A DNA stretch of 64,000 bases from Escherichia coli (GCF_029227855.1 NZ_CP074356.1); one strand, 5' to 3'; counted from the stretch's first letter, positions 1 through 18,819 are shown. The notes: generated by a model from the letters alone, not told the origin. Program-made: numbers and translations.

Positions 1-458
1 TCATCTTTAATCACGATACCTTTCAGGCTAAGGTGTGAAAAATCGTAACCACCATTTACTGTCTGTGGAATTTCGATAGTATTATTATGGGCGGCGACAT
101 TATTTATAAAATACCACCTTAATGGATACTTCCTTTTCTTTACTAAGGTAACTCTTCTCGTAATTCTATCGTCACATTTATTATTTGCATATAAAGCTAT
201 ATCTATAAAATGTTTATGTATTTTCCTGTCCGTTTCCTTCGTGATTTTTCCTGATGGTAAACTATCATAAATTCTTTTCATTTTCTGAATCAAACCTATC
301 ACTTTTTCATGATCATCCATTTTGAAAAGAGAGAGGGCTTTATTGTCAATTAACGTGTTTTTATGATGTTTGCTGTAATTATATGATTTTGTTTTCTTTG
401 TATGTGATGAACTTGTGAGAGAGTGGTTATCGTTAATCTGGCAAAGAGAGAAAAACAT
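1..458 (-). CDS. yjcF: YjcF-like protein, N-terminal 152 codons; gene runs off the window start
   Basis: Open minus-strand frame from ATG at 458 to position 1 (MFFSLCQINDNHSLTSSSHTKK...), not in ORF track because it is edge-truncated; position downstream of actP matches K-12 yjcF. Confidence 0.5.
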   Translation of the reverse strand, partial: MFFSLCQINDNHSLTSSSHTKKTKSYNYSKHHKNTLIDNKALSLFKMDDHEKVIGLIQKMKRIYDSLPSGKITKETDRKIHKHFIDIALYANNKCDDRITRRVTLVKKRKYPLRWYFINNVAAHNNTIEIPQTVNGGYDFSHLSLKGIVIKD

Positions 459-658
459 ATTATTTAAACCATTATAGCGCATAAAATATCCTTATAATTA
501 ACAAGAAAGAAAGGCATATTCTCTGCATTATCATTTTCTACGACTGTCAAAAATCGCTCATTTTTTAATGAGTTTATTTGTTTAATATTTTGGGAAAAGG
601 TGATGCATGCTGGAGAGGAAGAGTATTCCCCGGTCAGGCGACCGGGGAAGGGGAGAGA

Positions 659-2617
<1,959 letters not shown>

Positions 2618-2696
2618 CACAGATTCTCCAGAGGTAATGTAGGGATTGTTTTAATTCCCGCTCCCTTATGGGAGAAGGTTAACGCTCGGGTAACCC

Positions 2697-2812
<116 letters not shown>

Positions 2813-2816
2813 TGGG

Positions 2817-4774
2817 TTACGATGGCATCGCGATAGCCTGCTTCTCTTCAAGCAGCTTCTCGACTACGCCAGGATCGGCAAGCGTCGAGGTATCGCCCAG
2901 GTTGCTGGTATCGCCCGCCGCAATTTTGCGCAGAATACGGCGCATAATTTTGCCGGAGCGGGTTTTAGGCAGGGAGTCGGTCCAGTGCAGCACGTCTGGC
3001 GTCGCCAGCGGGCCAATCTCTTTACGCACCCAGTTGCGGACTTCTGCGTACAGTTCTGGTGACGGTTCCTCCCCGTGATTAAGCGTGACGTAGGCGTAGA
3101 TCGCCTGACCTTTAATATTGTGCGGAATACCTACTACGGCGGCTTCGGCAATCTTCGGATGCGCCACCAGCGCCGACTCAATCTCTGCCGTCCCCAGACG
3201 GTGACCGGAGACGTTCAGCACGTCGTCCACACGCCCGGTGATCCAGTAATAGCCATCTTCATCGCGACGCGCGCCGTCGCCGCTGAAATACATATTTTTG
3301 AAGGTGGAGAAGTAGGTCTGTTCAAAACGTTCGTGATCGCCAAACAGCGTACGCGCCTGACCCGGCCAGGAGTCGGTGATCACCAGGCTGCCTTCGGTAG
3401 CGCCTTCCAGCGGGTTACCTTCGTTATCGACCAGCGCCGGTTGCACGCCGAAGAACGGACGTGTTGCCGAACCGGCTTTCAGCTCGGTAGCGCCAGGCAG
3501 CGGCGTGATCATGAAACCGCCAGTTTCGGTCTGCCACCAGGTATCGACCACCGGACATTTCTCGTTGCCGATTTTTTTCCAGTACCACTCCCACGCTTCC
3601 GGGTTAATTGGCTCGCCCACGGAACCGAGAATGCGCAGCGACGAACGGTCGGTACCCTCGATCGCTTTATCGCCTTCCGCCATCAGCGCGCGGATCGCCG
3701 TGGTGCGGTATAGAGAATATTGACCTGATGCTTGTCCACCACCTGCGCCATACGGGCAGGCGTCGGCCAGTTGGGTACGCCTTCAAACATCAGCGTGGTC
3801 GCACCGCAGGCCAGCGGGCCGTACAGCAAGTAACTGTGTCCGGTCACCCAGCCCACATCGGCGGTGCACCAGTAGATATCACCCGGATGATAATCAAAGA
3901 CATATTTAAAGGTCAGCGCCGCGTACACCAGATAACCGCCGGTAGTATGCAGCACACCTTTTGGCTTACCGGTAGAACCGGAGGTGTAGAGAATAAACAG
4001 CGGATCTTCGGCGTTCATCTCTTCCGCCTGGTGCTGATCGCTCGCTTGCTCAACCAGGTCGTGCCACCACAGGTCGCGCCCTTCCTGCCAGTCAATTTTC
4101 CCGCCAGTACGCTTCAGTACCACCACATGCTCTACGCTGGTGACGTTCGGGTTTTTCAGCGCGTCATCAACGTTTTTCTTCAGCGGAATACTGCGCCCGG
4201 CACGCACACCTTCGTCGGAAGTGATCACCAGTCGTGAGTTGGAATCAATAATGCGCCCGGCAACGGCTTCCGGCGAGAAGCCGCCGAAAATCACCGAATG
4301 CACCGCGCCAATGCGGGCGCAGGCCAGCATCGCAACCGCGGCTTCCGGCACCATCGGCATATAAATCGCCACCACATCACCTTTTTTAATGCCCAGCTCG
4401 AGCAGGGTATTGGCGAAGCGGCAGACGTCGCGGTGCAGCTCTTTATAGCTGATATGTTTGCTCTGGCTGGCGTCGTCGCCTTCCCAGATGATGGCGGTGC
4501 GATCGCCGTTTTCTTGCAGATGGCGGTCAAGGCAGTTTGCCGCCAGATTCAGCGTGCCGTCCTCGTACCATTTAATGGACACATTACCGGGGGCAAAGGA
4601 GGTATTTTTCACCTTCTGGTAAGGTTTGATCCAGTCGAGAATTTTTCCCTGTTCGCCCCAGAAGGTATCAGGTACGTTAATAGATTGTTGATACATCGCC
4701 TCGTACTGCTGAGGGTTTATCAGGCAACGGTCTGCGATGTTGGCAGGAATGGTGTGTTTGTGAATTTGGCTCAT
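2817..4774 (-). pseudogene. acs: Acetyl-CoA synthetase Acs, interrupted by one 1-bp deletion near 3690-3700
   Basis: ORF 3683..4774 ([30 protein letters not shown]...YTAP) ends prematurely as RRSAR*; the remaining Acs sequence ([25 protein letters not shown]...) continues in another frame in ORF 2817..3683. Confidence 0.85.
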
Positions 4775-6827
<2,053 letters not shown>

Positions 6828-7313
6828 TAACGCGCATATCGCATTGTTTATTGTTTTTTCTAACATCTAATGCCGGGTTTCACAATGTTGTCATGACGAA
6901 TGTGGCGATTTCTCAGCAGGAAAAGGGCGGAATAGCTTTCTGAGAAAGGTGAATCCCCCTAAACAGAGCGTATTTTTCAGCGATTCCCTTTAAAGTGAAT
7001 AGAGGACGTGTTGGCTATTTGTGCTTATTTTTGTCTCATTGCCGTTTGTTATTTTTGCTTGTGGTCGCGGAGTTTCATTTTTAATTGCATGCGTACTAAC
7101 CACCAATATAAGGAAATCCTCAAAATTGTTTTAAATAGTGCCCTCGACATGTAATTTCAGGCGTTTAGCTGTAACTATTTATATCGGTAACTATTTTCTA
7201 CGCGTCATCTCTGTAGAATGGCCACCGCCAAATGGCGAATTCTTATTTTTTCTCGCGGGTAATACCCTTCCACTACTTAAGTCTTTTTAACGTATTCAGG
7301 TGGAGATTCAGTT

Positions 7314-7916
7314 ATGCAAATAGTCATGTTTGACAGGCAGTCAATATTTATTCATGGAATGAAAATCAGTTTACAGCAGCGTATTCCAGGAGTGAGTATT
7401 CAGGGGGCCAGTCAGGCAGACGAGTTATGGCAAAAGCTGGAAAGTTACCCTGAAGCCTTAGTTATGCTCGATGGCGATCAGGATGGTGAGTTTTGCTACT
7501 GGTTGCTGCAAAAAACCGTGGTGCAGTTTCCTGAGGTTAAGGTGTTAATCACGGCGACGGATTGCAATAAACGGTGGTTACAGGAAGTTATTCATTTTAA
7601 TGTGCTGGCCATTGTGCCTCGTGATTCAACCGTCGAGACATTTGCGTTGGCGGTAAATAGTGCGGCGATGGGGATGATGTTTCTGTCTGGAGACTGGCGG
7701 ACGACGCCGGAAAAGGACATTAAAGATCTCAAATCGTTAAGCGCCCGCCAGCGGGAGATTTTAACCATGTTAGCGGCGGGCGAATCAAATAAGGAGATCG
7801 GCAGAGCGCTGAATATCAGTACCGGAACGGTAAAAGCGCATCTGGAATCCCTGTATCGCCGTCTGGAAGTGAAAAATCGCACCCAGGCGGCAATGATGTT
7901 AAATATCTCCTCCTGA
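7314..7916 (+). CDS. yhjB: LuxR-family response-regulator-like transcription factor YhjB
   Basis: ORF 7314..7916, 200 aa, C-terminal LuxR HTH (LSARQREILTMLAAGESNKEIGRALNISTGTVKAH). Confidence 0.85.
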   Translation: MQIVMFDRQSIFIHGMKISLQQRIPGVSIQGASQADELWQKLESYPEALVMLDGDQDGEFCYWLLQKTVVQFPEVKVLITATDCNKRWLQEVIHFNVLAIVPRDSTVETFALAVNSAAMGMMFLSGDWRTTPEKDIKDLKSLSARQREILTMLAAGESNKEIGRALNISTGTVKAHLESLYRRLEVKNRTQAAMMLNISS

Positions 7917-7966
7917 AGAGGATAATTTTACAGCCAGCAGGAAGTTAGCGGCTGGCTGTAAAAATA

Positions 7967-9646
<1,680 letters not shown>

Positions 9647-10020
9647 TTATCGGGCTTTTCTTTAAGGGTAGTCATTCGCTCCGCCTGGTGGGCGACAAAG
9701 CGTGCGGTGGATCACGTTTATTAACCTGTCAAAAAATATAACGCACTAATATCCATGGAATTTATAAAAATACGGATTTCGTGTTGTTTTTCATTTTCAG
9801 AACATTCAATCCTGCTCTCGCCGCAATCATGATATGCCATTCCTGATCTGGGTAATAGGCACAGGCTATCTTATTGATAGTTTATATTCATGTAATTGAT
9901 TGATTCCTATCAAAAAGCGTATCTCCCTGTTTTTTATGATGGCTTTGTCTCGCAGAGACGTTTGCAGCATTCTGGAAAATTTTCTGGGTCACAATAACTC
10001 ACCACCGTGAGGGAAGAATA

Positions 10021-11418
10021 ATGAAAATGGTCTCACGTATTACCGCGATCGGCCTGGCTGGCGTCGCGATTTGCTATTTAGGGTTATCTGGTTATGTGTG
10101 GTACCACGATAATAAACGCAGTAAACAGGCCGATGTTCAGGCATCTGCTGTCAGTGAAAATAATAAGGTTTTAGGCTTTCTCCGCGAAAAAGGATGCGAC
10201 TATTGCCACACACCTTCGGCAGAATTACCCGCCTATTATTATATTCCTGGCGCGAAACAGTTGATGGATTACGACATTAAGCTTGGATATAAATCTTTTA
10301 ACCTCGAGGCCGTGCGTGCGGCACTGCTGGCTGATAAACCCGTTTCGCAAAGCGATCTGAATAAGATTGAATGGGTGATGCAGTATGAAACTATGCCACC
10401 AACGCGTTATACCGCGCTACACTGGGCGGGTAAGGTGAGTGATGAAGAGCGGGCGGAAATACTGGCCTGGATTGCAAAACAGCGCGCGGAATATTACGCC
10501 AGCAATGATACTGCTCCGGAGCATCGCAATGAACCGGTGCAGCCCATCCCGCAAAAACTGCCTACCGATGCGCAAAAAGTGGCGTTGGGCTTTGCGCTGT
10601 ATCACGATCCCCGTTTATCGGCTGATAGCACCATTTCATGCGCTCATTGCCATGCGTTGAATGCGGGGGGCGTCGATGGCAGAAAAACATCGATTGGTGT
10701 TGGTGGCGCAGTTGGGCCGATTAACGCGCCGACGGTATTTAACTCAGTATTTAACGTTGAGCAGTTCTGGGATGGTCGTGCGGCAACATTGCAGGATCAG
10801 GCAGGTGGACCGCCGTTGAACCCGATTGAAATGGCGTCGAAATCCTGGGACGAAATTATTGCTAAGCTGGAAAAAGATCCGCAGCTTAAAGCGCAGTTCC
10901 TCGAAGTTTATCCGCAAGGTTTCAGTGGCGAAAATATTACTGATGCCATTGCTGAATTTGAGAAAACATTAATTACGCCGGATTCCCCATTTGATAAATG
11001 GTTGCGTGGAGATGAAAATGCGCTGACGGCGCAACAGAAAAAAGGCTATCAATTATTTAAAGATAATAAATGTGCAACTTGTCATGGTGGTATTATTCTC
11101 GGCGGACGTTCCTTTGAACCGTTGGGGCTGAAAAAAGACTTTAACTTTGGGGAAATTACGGCGGCGGATATTGGTCGTATGAATGTGACTAAAGAAGAGC
11201 GTGATAAATTGCGTCAGAAAGTACCCGGTTTACGTAACGTTGCTTTAACGGCACCGTACTTCCATCGCGGTGACGTGCCGACGCTGGACGGGGCGGTGAA
11301 ACTGATGCTGCGCTATCAGGTAGGCAAAGAGCTGCCGCAGGAGGATGTGGATGATATCGTAGCTTTCCTGCACAGTCTGAACGGGGTGTACACGCCGTAT
11401 ATGCAGGATAAACAATAA
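10021..11418 (+). CDS. yhjA: Dihaem cytochrome c peroxidase YhjA
   Basis: ORF 465 aa with CxxCH motifs (CDYCH, CAHCH, CATCH). Confidence 0.85.
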   Translation: MKMVSRITAIGLAGVAICYLGLSGYVWYHDNKRSKQADVQASAVSENNKVLGFLREKGCDYCHTPSAELPAYYYIPGAKQLMDYDIKLGYKSFNLEAVRAALLADKPVSQSDLNKIEWVMQYETMPPTRYTALHWAGKVSDEERAEILAWIAKQRAEYYASNDTAPEHRNEPVQPIPQKLPTDAQKVALGFALYHDPRLSADSTISCAHCHALNAGGVDGRKTSIGVGGAVGPINAPTVFNSVFNVEQFWDGRAATLQDQAGGPPLNPIEMASKSWDEIIAKLEKDPQLKAQFLEVYPQGFSGENITDAIAEFEKTLITPDSPFDKWLRGDENALTAQQKKGYQLFKDNKCATCHGGIILGGRSFEPLGLKKDFNFGEITAADIGRMNVTKEERDKLRQKVPGLRNVALTAPYFHRGDVPTLDGAVKLMLRYQVGKELPQEDVDDIVAFLHSLNGVYTPYMQDKQ

Positions 11419-11529
11419 TTAATTTGATCGCCCGAACAGGAATGTTTGGGCGATTTTTATTACGATAATAAAGTCTGTTTTTAATATTATCATGTTAAAT
11501 GTTTATATTATAAAAAGTCGTTTTTCTGC

Positions 11530-11549
11530 TTAGGATTTTGTTATTTAAA
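11530..11549 (+). promoter_or_regulatory. GAD box (GadE binding site) of the gadA promoter
   Basis: Exact TTAGGATTTTGTTATTTAAA about 80 bp upstream of the gadA ATG. Confidence 0.7.
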
Positions 11550-11628
11550 TTAAGCCTGTAATGCCTTGCTTCCATTGCGGATAAATCCTACTTTTTTATT
11601 GCCTTCAAATAAATTTAAGGAGTTCGAA

Positions 11629-13029
11629 ATGGACCAGAAGCTGTTAACGGATTTCCGCTCAGAACTACTCGATTCACGTTTTGGCGCAAAGGCCATTTCT
11701 ACTATCGCGGAGTCAAAACGATTTCCGCTGCACGAAATGCGCGATGATGTCGCATTCCAGATTATCAATGATGAATTATATCTTGATGGCAACGCTCGTC
11801 AGAACCTGGCCACTTTCTGCCAGACCTGGGACGACGAAAACGTCCATAAATTGATGGATTTGTCGATCAATAAAAACTGGATCGACAAAGAAGAATATCC
11901 GCAATCCGCAGCCATCGACCTGCGTTGCGTAAATATGGTTGCCGATCTGTGGCATGCGCCTGCGCCGAAAAATGGTCAGGCCGTTGGCACCAACACCATT
12001 GGTTCTTCCGAGGCCTGTATGCTTGGCGGGATGGCGATGAAATGGCGTTGGCGCAAGCGTATGGAAGCTGCAGGCAAACCAACGGATAAACCAAACCTGG
12101 TGTGCGGTCCGGTACAAATCTGCTGGCATAAATTCGCCCGCTACTGGGATGTGGAGCTGCGTGAGATCCCTATGCGCCCCGGTCAGTTGTTTATGGACCC
12201 GAAACGCATGATTGAAGCCTGTGACGAAAACACCATCGGCGTGGTGCCGACTTTCGGCGTGACCTACACCGGTAACTATGAGTTCCCACAACCGCTGCAC
12301 GATGCGCTGGATAAATTCCAGGCCGACACTGGTATCGACATCGACATGCACATCGACGCTGCCAGCGGTGGCTTCCTGGCACCGTTCGTCGCCCCGGATA
12401 TCGTCTGGGACTTCCGCCTGCCGCGTGTGAAATCGATCAGTGCTTCAGGCCATAAATTCGGTCTGGCTCCGCTGGGCTGCGGCTGGGTTATCTGGCGTGA
12501 CGAAGAAGCGCTGCCGCAGGAACTGGTGTTCAACGTTGACTACCTGGGTGGTCAAATTGGTACTTTTGCCATCAACTTCTCCCGCCCGGCGGGTCAGGTA
12601 ATTGCACAGTACTATGAATTCCTGCGCCTCGGTCGTGAAGGCTATACCAAAGTACAGAACGCCTCTTACCAGGTTGCCGCTTATCTGGCGGATGAAATCG
12701 CCAAACTGGGGCCGTATGAGTTCATCTGTACGGGTCGCCCGGACGAAGGCATCCCGGCGGTTTGCTTCAAACTGAAAGATGGTGAAGATCCGGGATACAC
12801 CCTGTACGACCTCTCTGAACGTCTGCGTCTGCGCGGCTGGCAGGTTCCGGCCTTCACTCTCGGCGGTGAAGCCACCGACATCGTGGTGATGCGCATTATG
12901 TGTCGTCGCGGCTTCGAAATGGACTTTGCTGAACTGTTGCTGGAAGACTACAAAGCCTCCCTGAAATATCTCAGCGATCACCCGAAACTGCAGGGTATTG
13001 CCCAGCAGAACAGCTTTAAACACACCTGA
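11629..13029 (+). CDS. gadA: Glutamate decarboxylase alpha
   Basis: [21 protein letters not shown]..., 466 aa within ORF 11566..13029; SD AAGGAG upstream of 11629. Confidence 0.9.
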   Translation: MDQKLLTDFRSELLDSRFGAKAISTIAESKRFPLHEMRDDVAFQIINDELYLDGNARQNLATFCQTWDDENVHKLMDLSINKNWIDKEEYPQSAAIDLRCVNMVADLWHAPAPKNGQAVGTNTIGSSEACMLGGMAMKWRWRKRMEAAGKPTDKPNLVCGPVQICWHKFARYWDVELREIPMRPGQLFMDPKRMIEACDENTIGVVPTFGVTYTGNYEFPQPLHDALDKFQADTGIDIDMHIDAASGGFLAPFVAPDIVWDFRLPRVKSISASGHKFGLAPLGCGWVIWRDEEALPQELVFNVDYLGGQIGTFAINFSRPAGQVIAQYYEFLRLGREGYTKVQNASYQVAAYLADEIAKLGPYEFICTGRPDEGIPAVCFKLKDGEDPGYTLYDLSERLRLRGWQVPAFTLGGEATDIVVMRIMCRRGFEMDFAELLLEDYKASLKYLSDHPKLQGIAQQNSFKHT

Positions 13030-13047
13030 TAACATAACGTTGTAAAA

Positions 13048-13095
13048 ACCGAATGCCCAGCCTTTAAAAAAACAGCTGGGCATTCGGTTGCTTAT
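13048..13095 (+). terminator. Hairpin terminator downstream of gadA
   Basis: 14-bp perfect stem ACCGAATGCCCAGC / GCTGGGCATTCGGT followed by a T-rich tail. Confidence 0.5.
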
Positions 13096-13398
13096 TAATC
13101 GCAATAATATATTGGCTGTCTATTCATCGTGTTGATAAGATATATGTTATATGAATGTTTATTAAATGTAGCGATTGCCTTTAATGTCACGAAAAGGGAT
13201 TATTTGCTTGCTATTAATTTCACTGCGTTCTTAAACACGTTTTTGTATTATAAATCCAGTCATCCTGCCCGTAGAACATCACACATTATCATCCTGTTCT
13301 CCCGCTTCGTTTAAATTTATTTATCAATCAATTTGACTTAAGAGGGCGTCGTGCTACATTAATTAACAGTAATATGTTTATGTAATATTAAGTCAACT

Positions 13399-14223
13399 AT
13401 GCAATCATTACATGGGAATTGTCTAATTGCGTACGCAAGACATAAATATATTCTCACCATGGTTAATGGTGAATATCGCTATTTTAATGGCGGTGACCTG
13501 GTTTTTGCGGATGCAAGCCAAATTCGAGTAGATAAGTGTGTTGAAAATTTTGTATTAGTATCAAGGGATACGCTTTCATTATTTCTGCCGATGCTCAAGG
13601 AGGAGGCATTAAATCTTCATGCACATAAAAAAATTTCTTCATTACTCGTTCATCACTGTAGCAGAGATATTCCTGTTTTTCAGGAAGTTGCGCAACTATC
13701 GCAGAATAAGAATCTTCGCTATGCAGAAATGCTACGTAAAAGAGCATTAATCTTTGCGTTGTTATCTGTTTTTCTTGAGGATGAGCACTTTATACCGCTG
13801 CTTTTGAACGTTTTGCAACCGAACATGCGAACACGAGTTTGTACGGTTATCAATAATAATATCGCCCATGAGTGGACACTAGCTCGAATCGCCAGCGAGC
13901 TGTTGATGAGTCCAAGCCTGTTAAAGAAAAAATTGCGCGAAGAAGAGACATCATATTCACAGTTGCTTACTGAGTGTAGAATGCAACGTGCTTTGCAACT
14001 TATTGTTATACATGGCTTTTCAATTAAGCGAGTCGCAGTGTCCTGTGGATATCACAGCGTGTCGTATTTCATTTACGTCTTTCGAAATTATTATGGGATG
14101 ACGCCCACAGAGTATCAGGAGCGATCGGCGCAGGGATTGCCGAACCGTGACTCGGCGGCAAGTATTGTTGCGCAAGGAAATTTTTACGGCACTGACCGTT
14201 CTGCGGAAGGAATAAGATTATAG
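13399..14223 (+). CDS. gadX: AraC-family acid-resistance regulator GadX
   Basis: ORF 274 aa, MQSLHGNCLIAYARHKYILTMVNGEYRYF..., C-terminal AraC HTH. Confidence 0.9.
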   Translation: MQSLHGNCLIAYARHKYILTMVNGEYRYFNGGDLVFADASQIRVDKCVENFVLVSRDTLSLFLPMLKEEALNLHAHKKISSLLVHHCSRDIPVFQEVAQLSQNKNLRYAEMLRKRALIFALLSVFLEDEHFIPLLLNVLQPNMRTRVCTVINNNIAHEWTLARIASELLMSPSLLKKKLREEETSYSQLLTECRMQRALQLIVIHGFSIKRVAVSCGYHSVSYFIYVFRNYYGMTPTEYQERSAQGLPNRDSAASIVAQGNFYGTDRSAEGIRL

Positions 14224-14239
14224 AATTTTACTCAGACAT

Positions 14240-14345
14240 AAAAAAAACCCGGCATAGGGGACCGGGAAGAGGATAGTCTGCCGTCTCCAGACTAATAAAC
14301 CGTTATAACACTCCCTGTTGGCACGGGAAACTTTGTGCTCTCAGT
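14240..14345 (-). ncRNA. gadY: GadY small RNA, antisense to the gadX 3' end / gadX-gadW intergenic
   Basis: Minus strand reads ACTGAGAGCACAAAGTTTCCCGTGCCAACAGGGAG...CCCGGTCCCCTATGCCGGGTTTTTTTT, matching recalled GadY including the terminal hairpin and U-run. Confidence 0.75.
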
Positions 14346-14590
14346 AAGTTAAATATAACTTTTACTGGAAATAAGATCAGCCATTTTTTTATAAACATAA
14401 GCTATACGCTGTGCGAAAATATATTCGTGCTGCATTTACTTATTATCAATTAACTGTTATGCAAAACTACTTTGTGGATAAATTTTGGTCCTACCAAATC
14501 TGGCAGTTTTTTCGCTAAGAAACAGTCTGGCAACATTTCATTAGTATACTGAAATTGAAATAATCGCAGTATGAAATATAAGGGATAATC

Positions 14591-15319
14591 ATGACTCATG
14601 TCTGCTCGGTGATCCTCATTCGTCGTTCATTCGATATTTATCATGAACAGCATAAAATATCGCTGCATAACGAGAGTATCGTGCTGCTGGAGAAAAATTT
14701 GGCAGACGATTTTGCGTTTTGTTCACCGGATACGCGACGACTGGATATCGATGAGCTGACAGTTTGCCATTACTTACAAAATATTCGTCAGCTACCACGC
14801 AATTTAGGGTTACATAGCAAAGACCGTCTATTAATTAACCAGTCACCCCCCATGCCGCTGGTGACGGCGATTTTTGATAGCTTCAATGAATCCGGGGTAA
14901 ATTCACCGATACTGAGCAATATGCTCTACCTTTCCTGTTTATCGATGTTTTCTCATAAGAAAGAACTGATCCCCTTACTTTTCAATAGCATCAGCACTGT
15001 TTCAGGAAAAGTTGAACGCCTTATTAGCTTTGATATCGCCAAACGTTGGTATCTGCGCGATATCGCGGAAAGAATGTATACCAGCGAGAGTCTCATCAAA
15101 AAAAAGTTGCAGGATGAAAATACCTGTTTCAGTAAAATATTACTCGCTTCCAGGATGTCGATGGCCAGACGATTACTCGAGTTACGTCAAATTCCTCTGC
15201 ATACTATTGCAGAAAAATGTGGCTATAGCAGTACGTCGTACTTTATAAACACATTTCGACAATATTATGGTGTAACGCCACATCAGTTTGCGCAACATTC
15301 GCCAGGTACCTTTTCCTGA
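14591..15319 (+). CDS. gadW: AraC-family acid-resistance regulator GadW
   Basis: ORF 242 aa, MTHVCSVILIRRSFDIYHEQHK... Confidence 0.9.
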   Translation: MTHVCSVILIRRSFDIYHEQHKISLHNESIVLLEKNLADDFAFCSPDTRRLDIDELTVCHYLQNIRQLPRNLGLHSKDRLLINQSPPMPLVTAIFDSFNESGVNSPILSNMLYLSCLSMFSHKKELIPLLFNSISTVSGKVERLISFDIAKRWYLRDIAERMYTSESLIKKKLQDENTCFSKILLASRMSMARRLLELRQIPLHTIAEKCGYSSTSYFINTFRQYYGVTPHQFAQHSPGTFS

Positions 15320-15681
15320 CATATTTTGCATTTGAATATTGGTCAGGATCTCACACCTGCTTCATGTGAAACTCTTCCCTGATGATTTCTGCCGGGCTAC
15401 CGGCTAGTTCTCTTTCGCAGTTTGCCAGGCGGTATAGGTATTTTCAGGAGGAAAAGACTCGGCATGTTTGGGATTATTAAGCTGACAATTCATACGATTA
15501 CGGGAATGTGGGTCAGTATTGTGCTGTTCAAATTGATGACGAATGGCTGGAGTGGTTTCTACTTTCAGTGCTGTGTACTAAGCCTGGTATTCCTGACGGT
15601 TAGCTGGTTGTTGAGTGGTGAATGGTTAGCAGGAAAGAGTAAGGCTGAACCTTCACGTTCAACCTTACTCTCATTTACACG

Positions 15682-18600
15682 TTACGCTTTTTTAAAGCGG
15701 GCAAAGAGATGTTCCACTACAACGAAAAAGACCGGAACGAAGTAAATTGCCAGCACTGTTGCGGCAAACATCCCGCCCATCACGCCGGTACCTACCGCGT
15801 TTTGCGCGCCAGAACCGGCACCATGACTGATAACCAGCGGCAGCACGCCGAGAATAAAGGCCAGAGAGGTCATCAGGATTGGGCGTAAACGCATCCGCGC
15901 CGCTTCGATGATTGCCTCTATCGGCGTTTTCCCTTCTTTCTGCATCATCTCAACGGCAAATTCGACAATCAGGATGGCGTTCTTGGCGGAAAGCCCGATG
16001 GTGGTCAGCAAACCAACCTGGAAGTAGACGTCATTACTTAAGCCGCGCAGATCGGTGGCCAGTAATGCGCCAACGACGCCTAACGGAACAACCAACATCA
16101 CCGAGAACGGAATTGACCAGCTCTCATAGAGTGCGGCGAGGGCGAGGAACACCACGACCAGTGAAATGGCATACAGTGCAGGAGCCTGGTTTGAGGATAA
16201 CGCTTCCTGATACGACAGTCCGGTCCATGAGTAGCCGACGCCTGCCGGAAGTTTAGCGACCAGGTCTGCCATAAATTTCATAGCGTCACCGGTACTTTTC
16301 CCGGCCGCCGCTTCACCTAAAATCTCCATTGACGGGATGCCGTTGTAGCGTTCCAATCGCGGTGAACCATAGGTCCATTCGGTAGACGAGTAGGCAGAAA
16401 GCGGTGCCATCGTGCCAGAGGCGTTGCGTACATACCATTGGTTGATGTTATCCGGCAACATACGGAACGGCGTGCCTGCCTGGACATACACTTTTTTCAC
16501 CCGCCCCTGGTTGAGGAAGTCGTTCACGTAGCTGCTGCCGAAGGCGGTGGAAATTGTCTGGTTGATATCAGACAGCGCCACACCCATGGCCTCAGCTTTC
16601 GCGGCGTTGACGTTCACTTTGAACATCGGCGTATCTTCCAGGCCGTTCGGGCGTACCCCGGTGACCTGGTCAGGCGATTGCGCTGCCAGTGATAACAGCT
16701 CGTTTCGTGCCTGGGTTAGTTTTTCGTGCCCCAGGTTACCGTTGTCCAGCAGTTCCATATCAAAACCTGACGCGGTACCCAGTTCAGCCACCGCGGGTAA
16801 GTTGAACGGGAAGACGACGGCTTTATTGATACTGCTTAACGCAATCATTGCCCGCTGAATGATCGCGGTAACCGAGTTTTCCTCACCGACACGTTCAGAC
16901 CACGGCTTGAGACTGATAAACGCCAGGCCGTTGTTTTGCCCCTGGCCGCTGAAGCCAAAGCCGCCAACGGTAAACACCGACTGAACATTATCTTTCTCTT
17001 TTGTAAGATAATAATCCGTCACCTGTTGCAGCACTTTCGTGGTGTTAACCATGGTGGCACCGGAAGGTAACTGCGCGGTGGTCATAAATACCCCCTGATC
17101 CTCTTCTGGTAAGAAAGAGGTCGGTGTACGCAGGAACAGCACCGCCATCCCGGCGCAAATCAGCAGGTAGACCACCATGTAGCGACCGGTACAACGCAAC
17201 AGCGAGCGGGTGCTATCGGTATAGTGCTGAGTTGATTTTTCAAACAGCGTGTTGAAGCGTGCGAACAGGGCGTTAGGTTTGTGACCGCCTTCCGGCGCGG
17301 CTTTCAGAATGGTGGCGCACAGGGCAGGGGTCAGGCTCATTGCCACAAATACTGAAAGCAGCATGGAGGAGATCAGCGTGATGGAGAACTGGCGGTAGAT
17401 CTCCCCGGTTGCGCCGCTCATAAAGGCCATCGGCATAAACACTGCGGAAAGAACAACAGCAATACCGACCAGCGCACGTTGGATCTGCCCCATCGATTTA
17501 TGCGTCGCTTCCTTCGGTGGTAGCTTATCTTCCGCAATGACACGCTCGACGTTCTCCACCACCACGATGGCGTCATCCACCAGTAGCCCTATCGCCAGCA
17601 CCATCCCGAACATAGTTAACGTGTTGATGGTGAAACCGACCGCCGACAAGATCGCAAACGTCCCGAGAATAACCACCGGTACGGCAATCGTCGGGATGAT
17701 TGTGGCACGGAAATTCTGCAAAAACAGATACATGACCAGGAAGACGAGGATGATAGCCTCAACCAGTGTTTTAAAAACTTCCTGAATAGAAATTTCGATA
17801 AACGGCGTGGTGTCGTAAGGATAAACCGTCTTCAGACTTGCGGGGAAATAGGCTGATAAGCGGTTCAGCTCCTCTTTGACTGCCCGCGAGGTATCCAGGG
17901 CGTTTGCTCCGGTAGCCAGTTTGATGGCGATCCCGGCAGCAGGTTTGCCGTTATAGCGCGCCACGGTGGAATAATCTTCCGCTCCAAGTTCGACGCGGGC
18001 GACATCACGCAGCAGCACTTGCGAACCATCTTGCTGAACTTTCAACAGGATTTTGCCAAATTCTTCCGGCGTTTGCAGACGCGTCTGCACAATGATCGAG
18101 GCGTTTAGTTGCTGGTCTGCCGCCTGTGGCATGCCACCCAGTTGACCACCGGAAATCTGGTTGTTTTGCACCTTAATCTGGGAAATAACATCGGAAGGTA
18201 CCAGATTGTATTTATTGAGTTTTTGCGGGTCCAGCCAGATACGCATGGCGTACTCGGAACCAAAGAGCTGTACGCTACCAACGCCCGCGGTACGGCTTAG
18301 CGGGTCTTTGATATTAGACGCTACATAGTCCGCGATATCGTACTGGTTGAGGCTGCCGTTATCAGAAATAAACGCCGCTACCATCAGAATATTACTGCTC
18401 GACTTATCAACGCTAATCCCCTGCTGCTGCACCGCTTCAGGTAATGAAGGCATAGCGAGTTGCAGTTTATTTTGCACCTGAACCTGTGCGATATCAGGAG
18501 ATGTCCCAGTCTCGAAGGTCAGAGTGATAGAGGCATTACCCGCCGCATCACTGGTTGAAGACATGTACATCAGGCCATCAAGCCCATTCATATTTTGCTC

Positions 18601-18795
18601 AATCACCTGAGTGACCGAGTCTTCTACCGTTTGCGCATCGGCACCTGGATAGGTAGCGCTGACGGTAATGGTCGGTGGCGCAATCTGCGGATACTGCGCA
18701 ACCGGTAAGTTCATGATCGCCAGACCACCTGCAAGCATCATAATAATGGCAAGTACCCAGGCAAAAACCGGGCGATCAATAAAATAGTTAGCCAT
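15682..18795 (-). CDS. mdtF: RND multidrug efflux transporter MdtF
   Basis: ORF 1037 aa, AcrB-like ([27 protein letters not shown]...). Confidence 0.9.
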   Translation of the reverse strand: MANYFIDRPVFAWVLAIIMMLAGGLAIMNLPVAQYPQIAPPTITVSATYPGADAQTVEDSVTQVIEQNMNGLDGLMYMSSTSDAAGNASITLTFETGTSPDIAQVQVQNKLQLAMPSLPEAVQQQGISVDKSSSNILMVAAFISDNGSLNQYDIADYVASNIKDPLSRTAGVGSVQLFGSEYAMRIWLDPQKLNKYNLVPSDVISQIKVQNNQISGGQLGGMPQAADQQLNASIIVQTRLQTPEEFGKILLKVQQDGSQVLLRDVARVELGAEDYSTVARYNGKPAAGIAIKLATGANALDTSRAVKEELNRLSAYFPASLKTVYPYDTTPFIEISIQEVFKTLVEAIILVFLVMYLFLQNFRATIIPTIAVPVVILGTFAILSAVGFTINTLTMFGMVLAIGLLVDDAIVVVENVERVIAEDKLPPKEATHKSMGQIQRALVGIAVVLSAVFMPMAFMSGATGEIYRQFSITLISSMLLSVFVAMSLTPALCATILKAAPEGGHKPNALFARFNTLFEKSTQHYTDSTRSLLRCTGRYMVVYLLICAGMAVLFLRTPTSFLPEEDQGVFMTTAQLPSGATMVNTTKVLQQVTDYYLTKEKDNVQSVFTVGGFGFSGQGQNNGLAFISLKPWSERVGEENSVTAIIQRAMIALSSINKAVVFPFNLPAVAELGTASGFDMELLDNGNLGHEKLTQARNELLSLAAQSPDQVTGVRPNGLEDTPMFKVNVNAAKAEAMGVALSDINQTISTAFGSSYVNDFLNQGRVKKVYVQAGTPFRMLPDNINQWYVRNASGTMAPLSAYSSTEWTYGSPRLERYNGIPSMEILGEAAAGKSTGDAMKFMADLVAKLPAGVGYSWTGLSYQEALSSNQAPALYAISLVVVFLALAALYESWSIPFSVMLVVPLGVVGALLATDLRGLSNDVYFQVGLLTTIGLSAKNAILIVEFAVEMMQKEGKTPIEAIIEAARMRLRPILMTSLAFILGVLPLVISHGAGSGAQNAVGTGVMGGMFAATVLAIYFVPVFFVVVEHLFARFKKA

Positions 18796-18819
18796 GAAAG
18801 TCCCCTTAAGCCTGCAACG

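Noticed and set aside
11776-12351. 191-aa minus-strand ORF
   Set aside because: Antisense to gadA.
15422-15745. 107-aa plus-strand ORF between gadW and the mdtF 3' end
   Set aside because: No SD or recognisable domain, and it overlaps the mdtF stop region; probably not coding.
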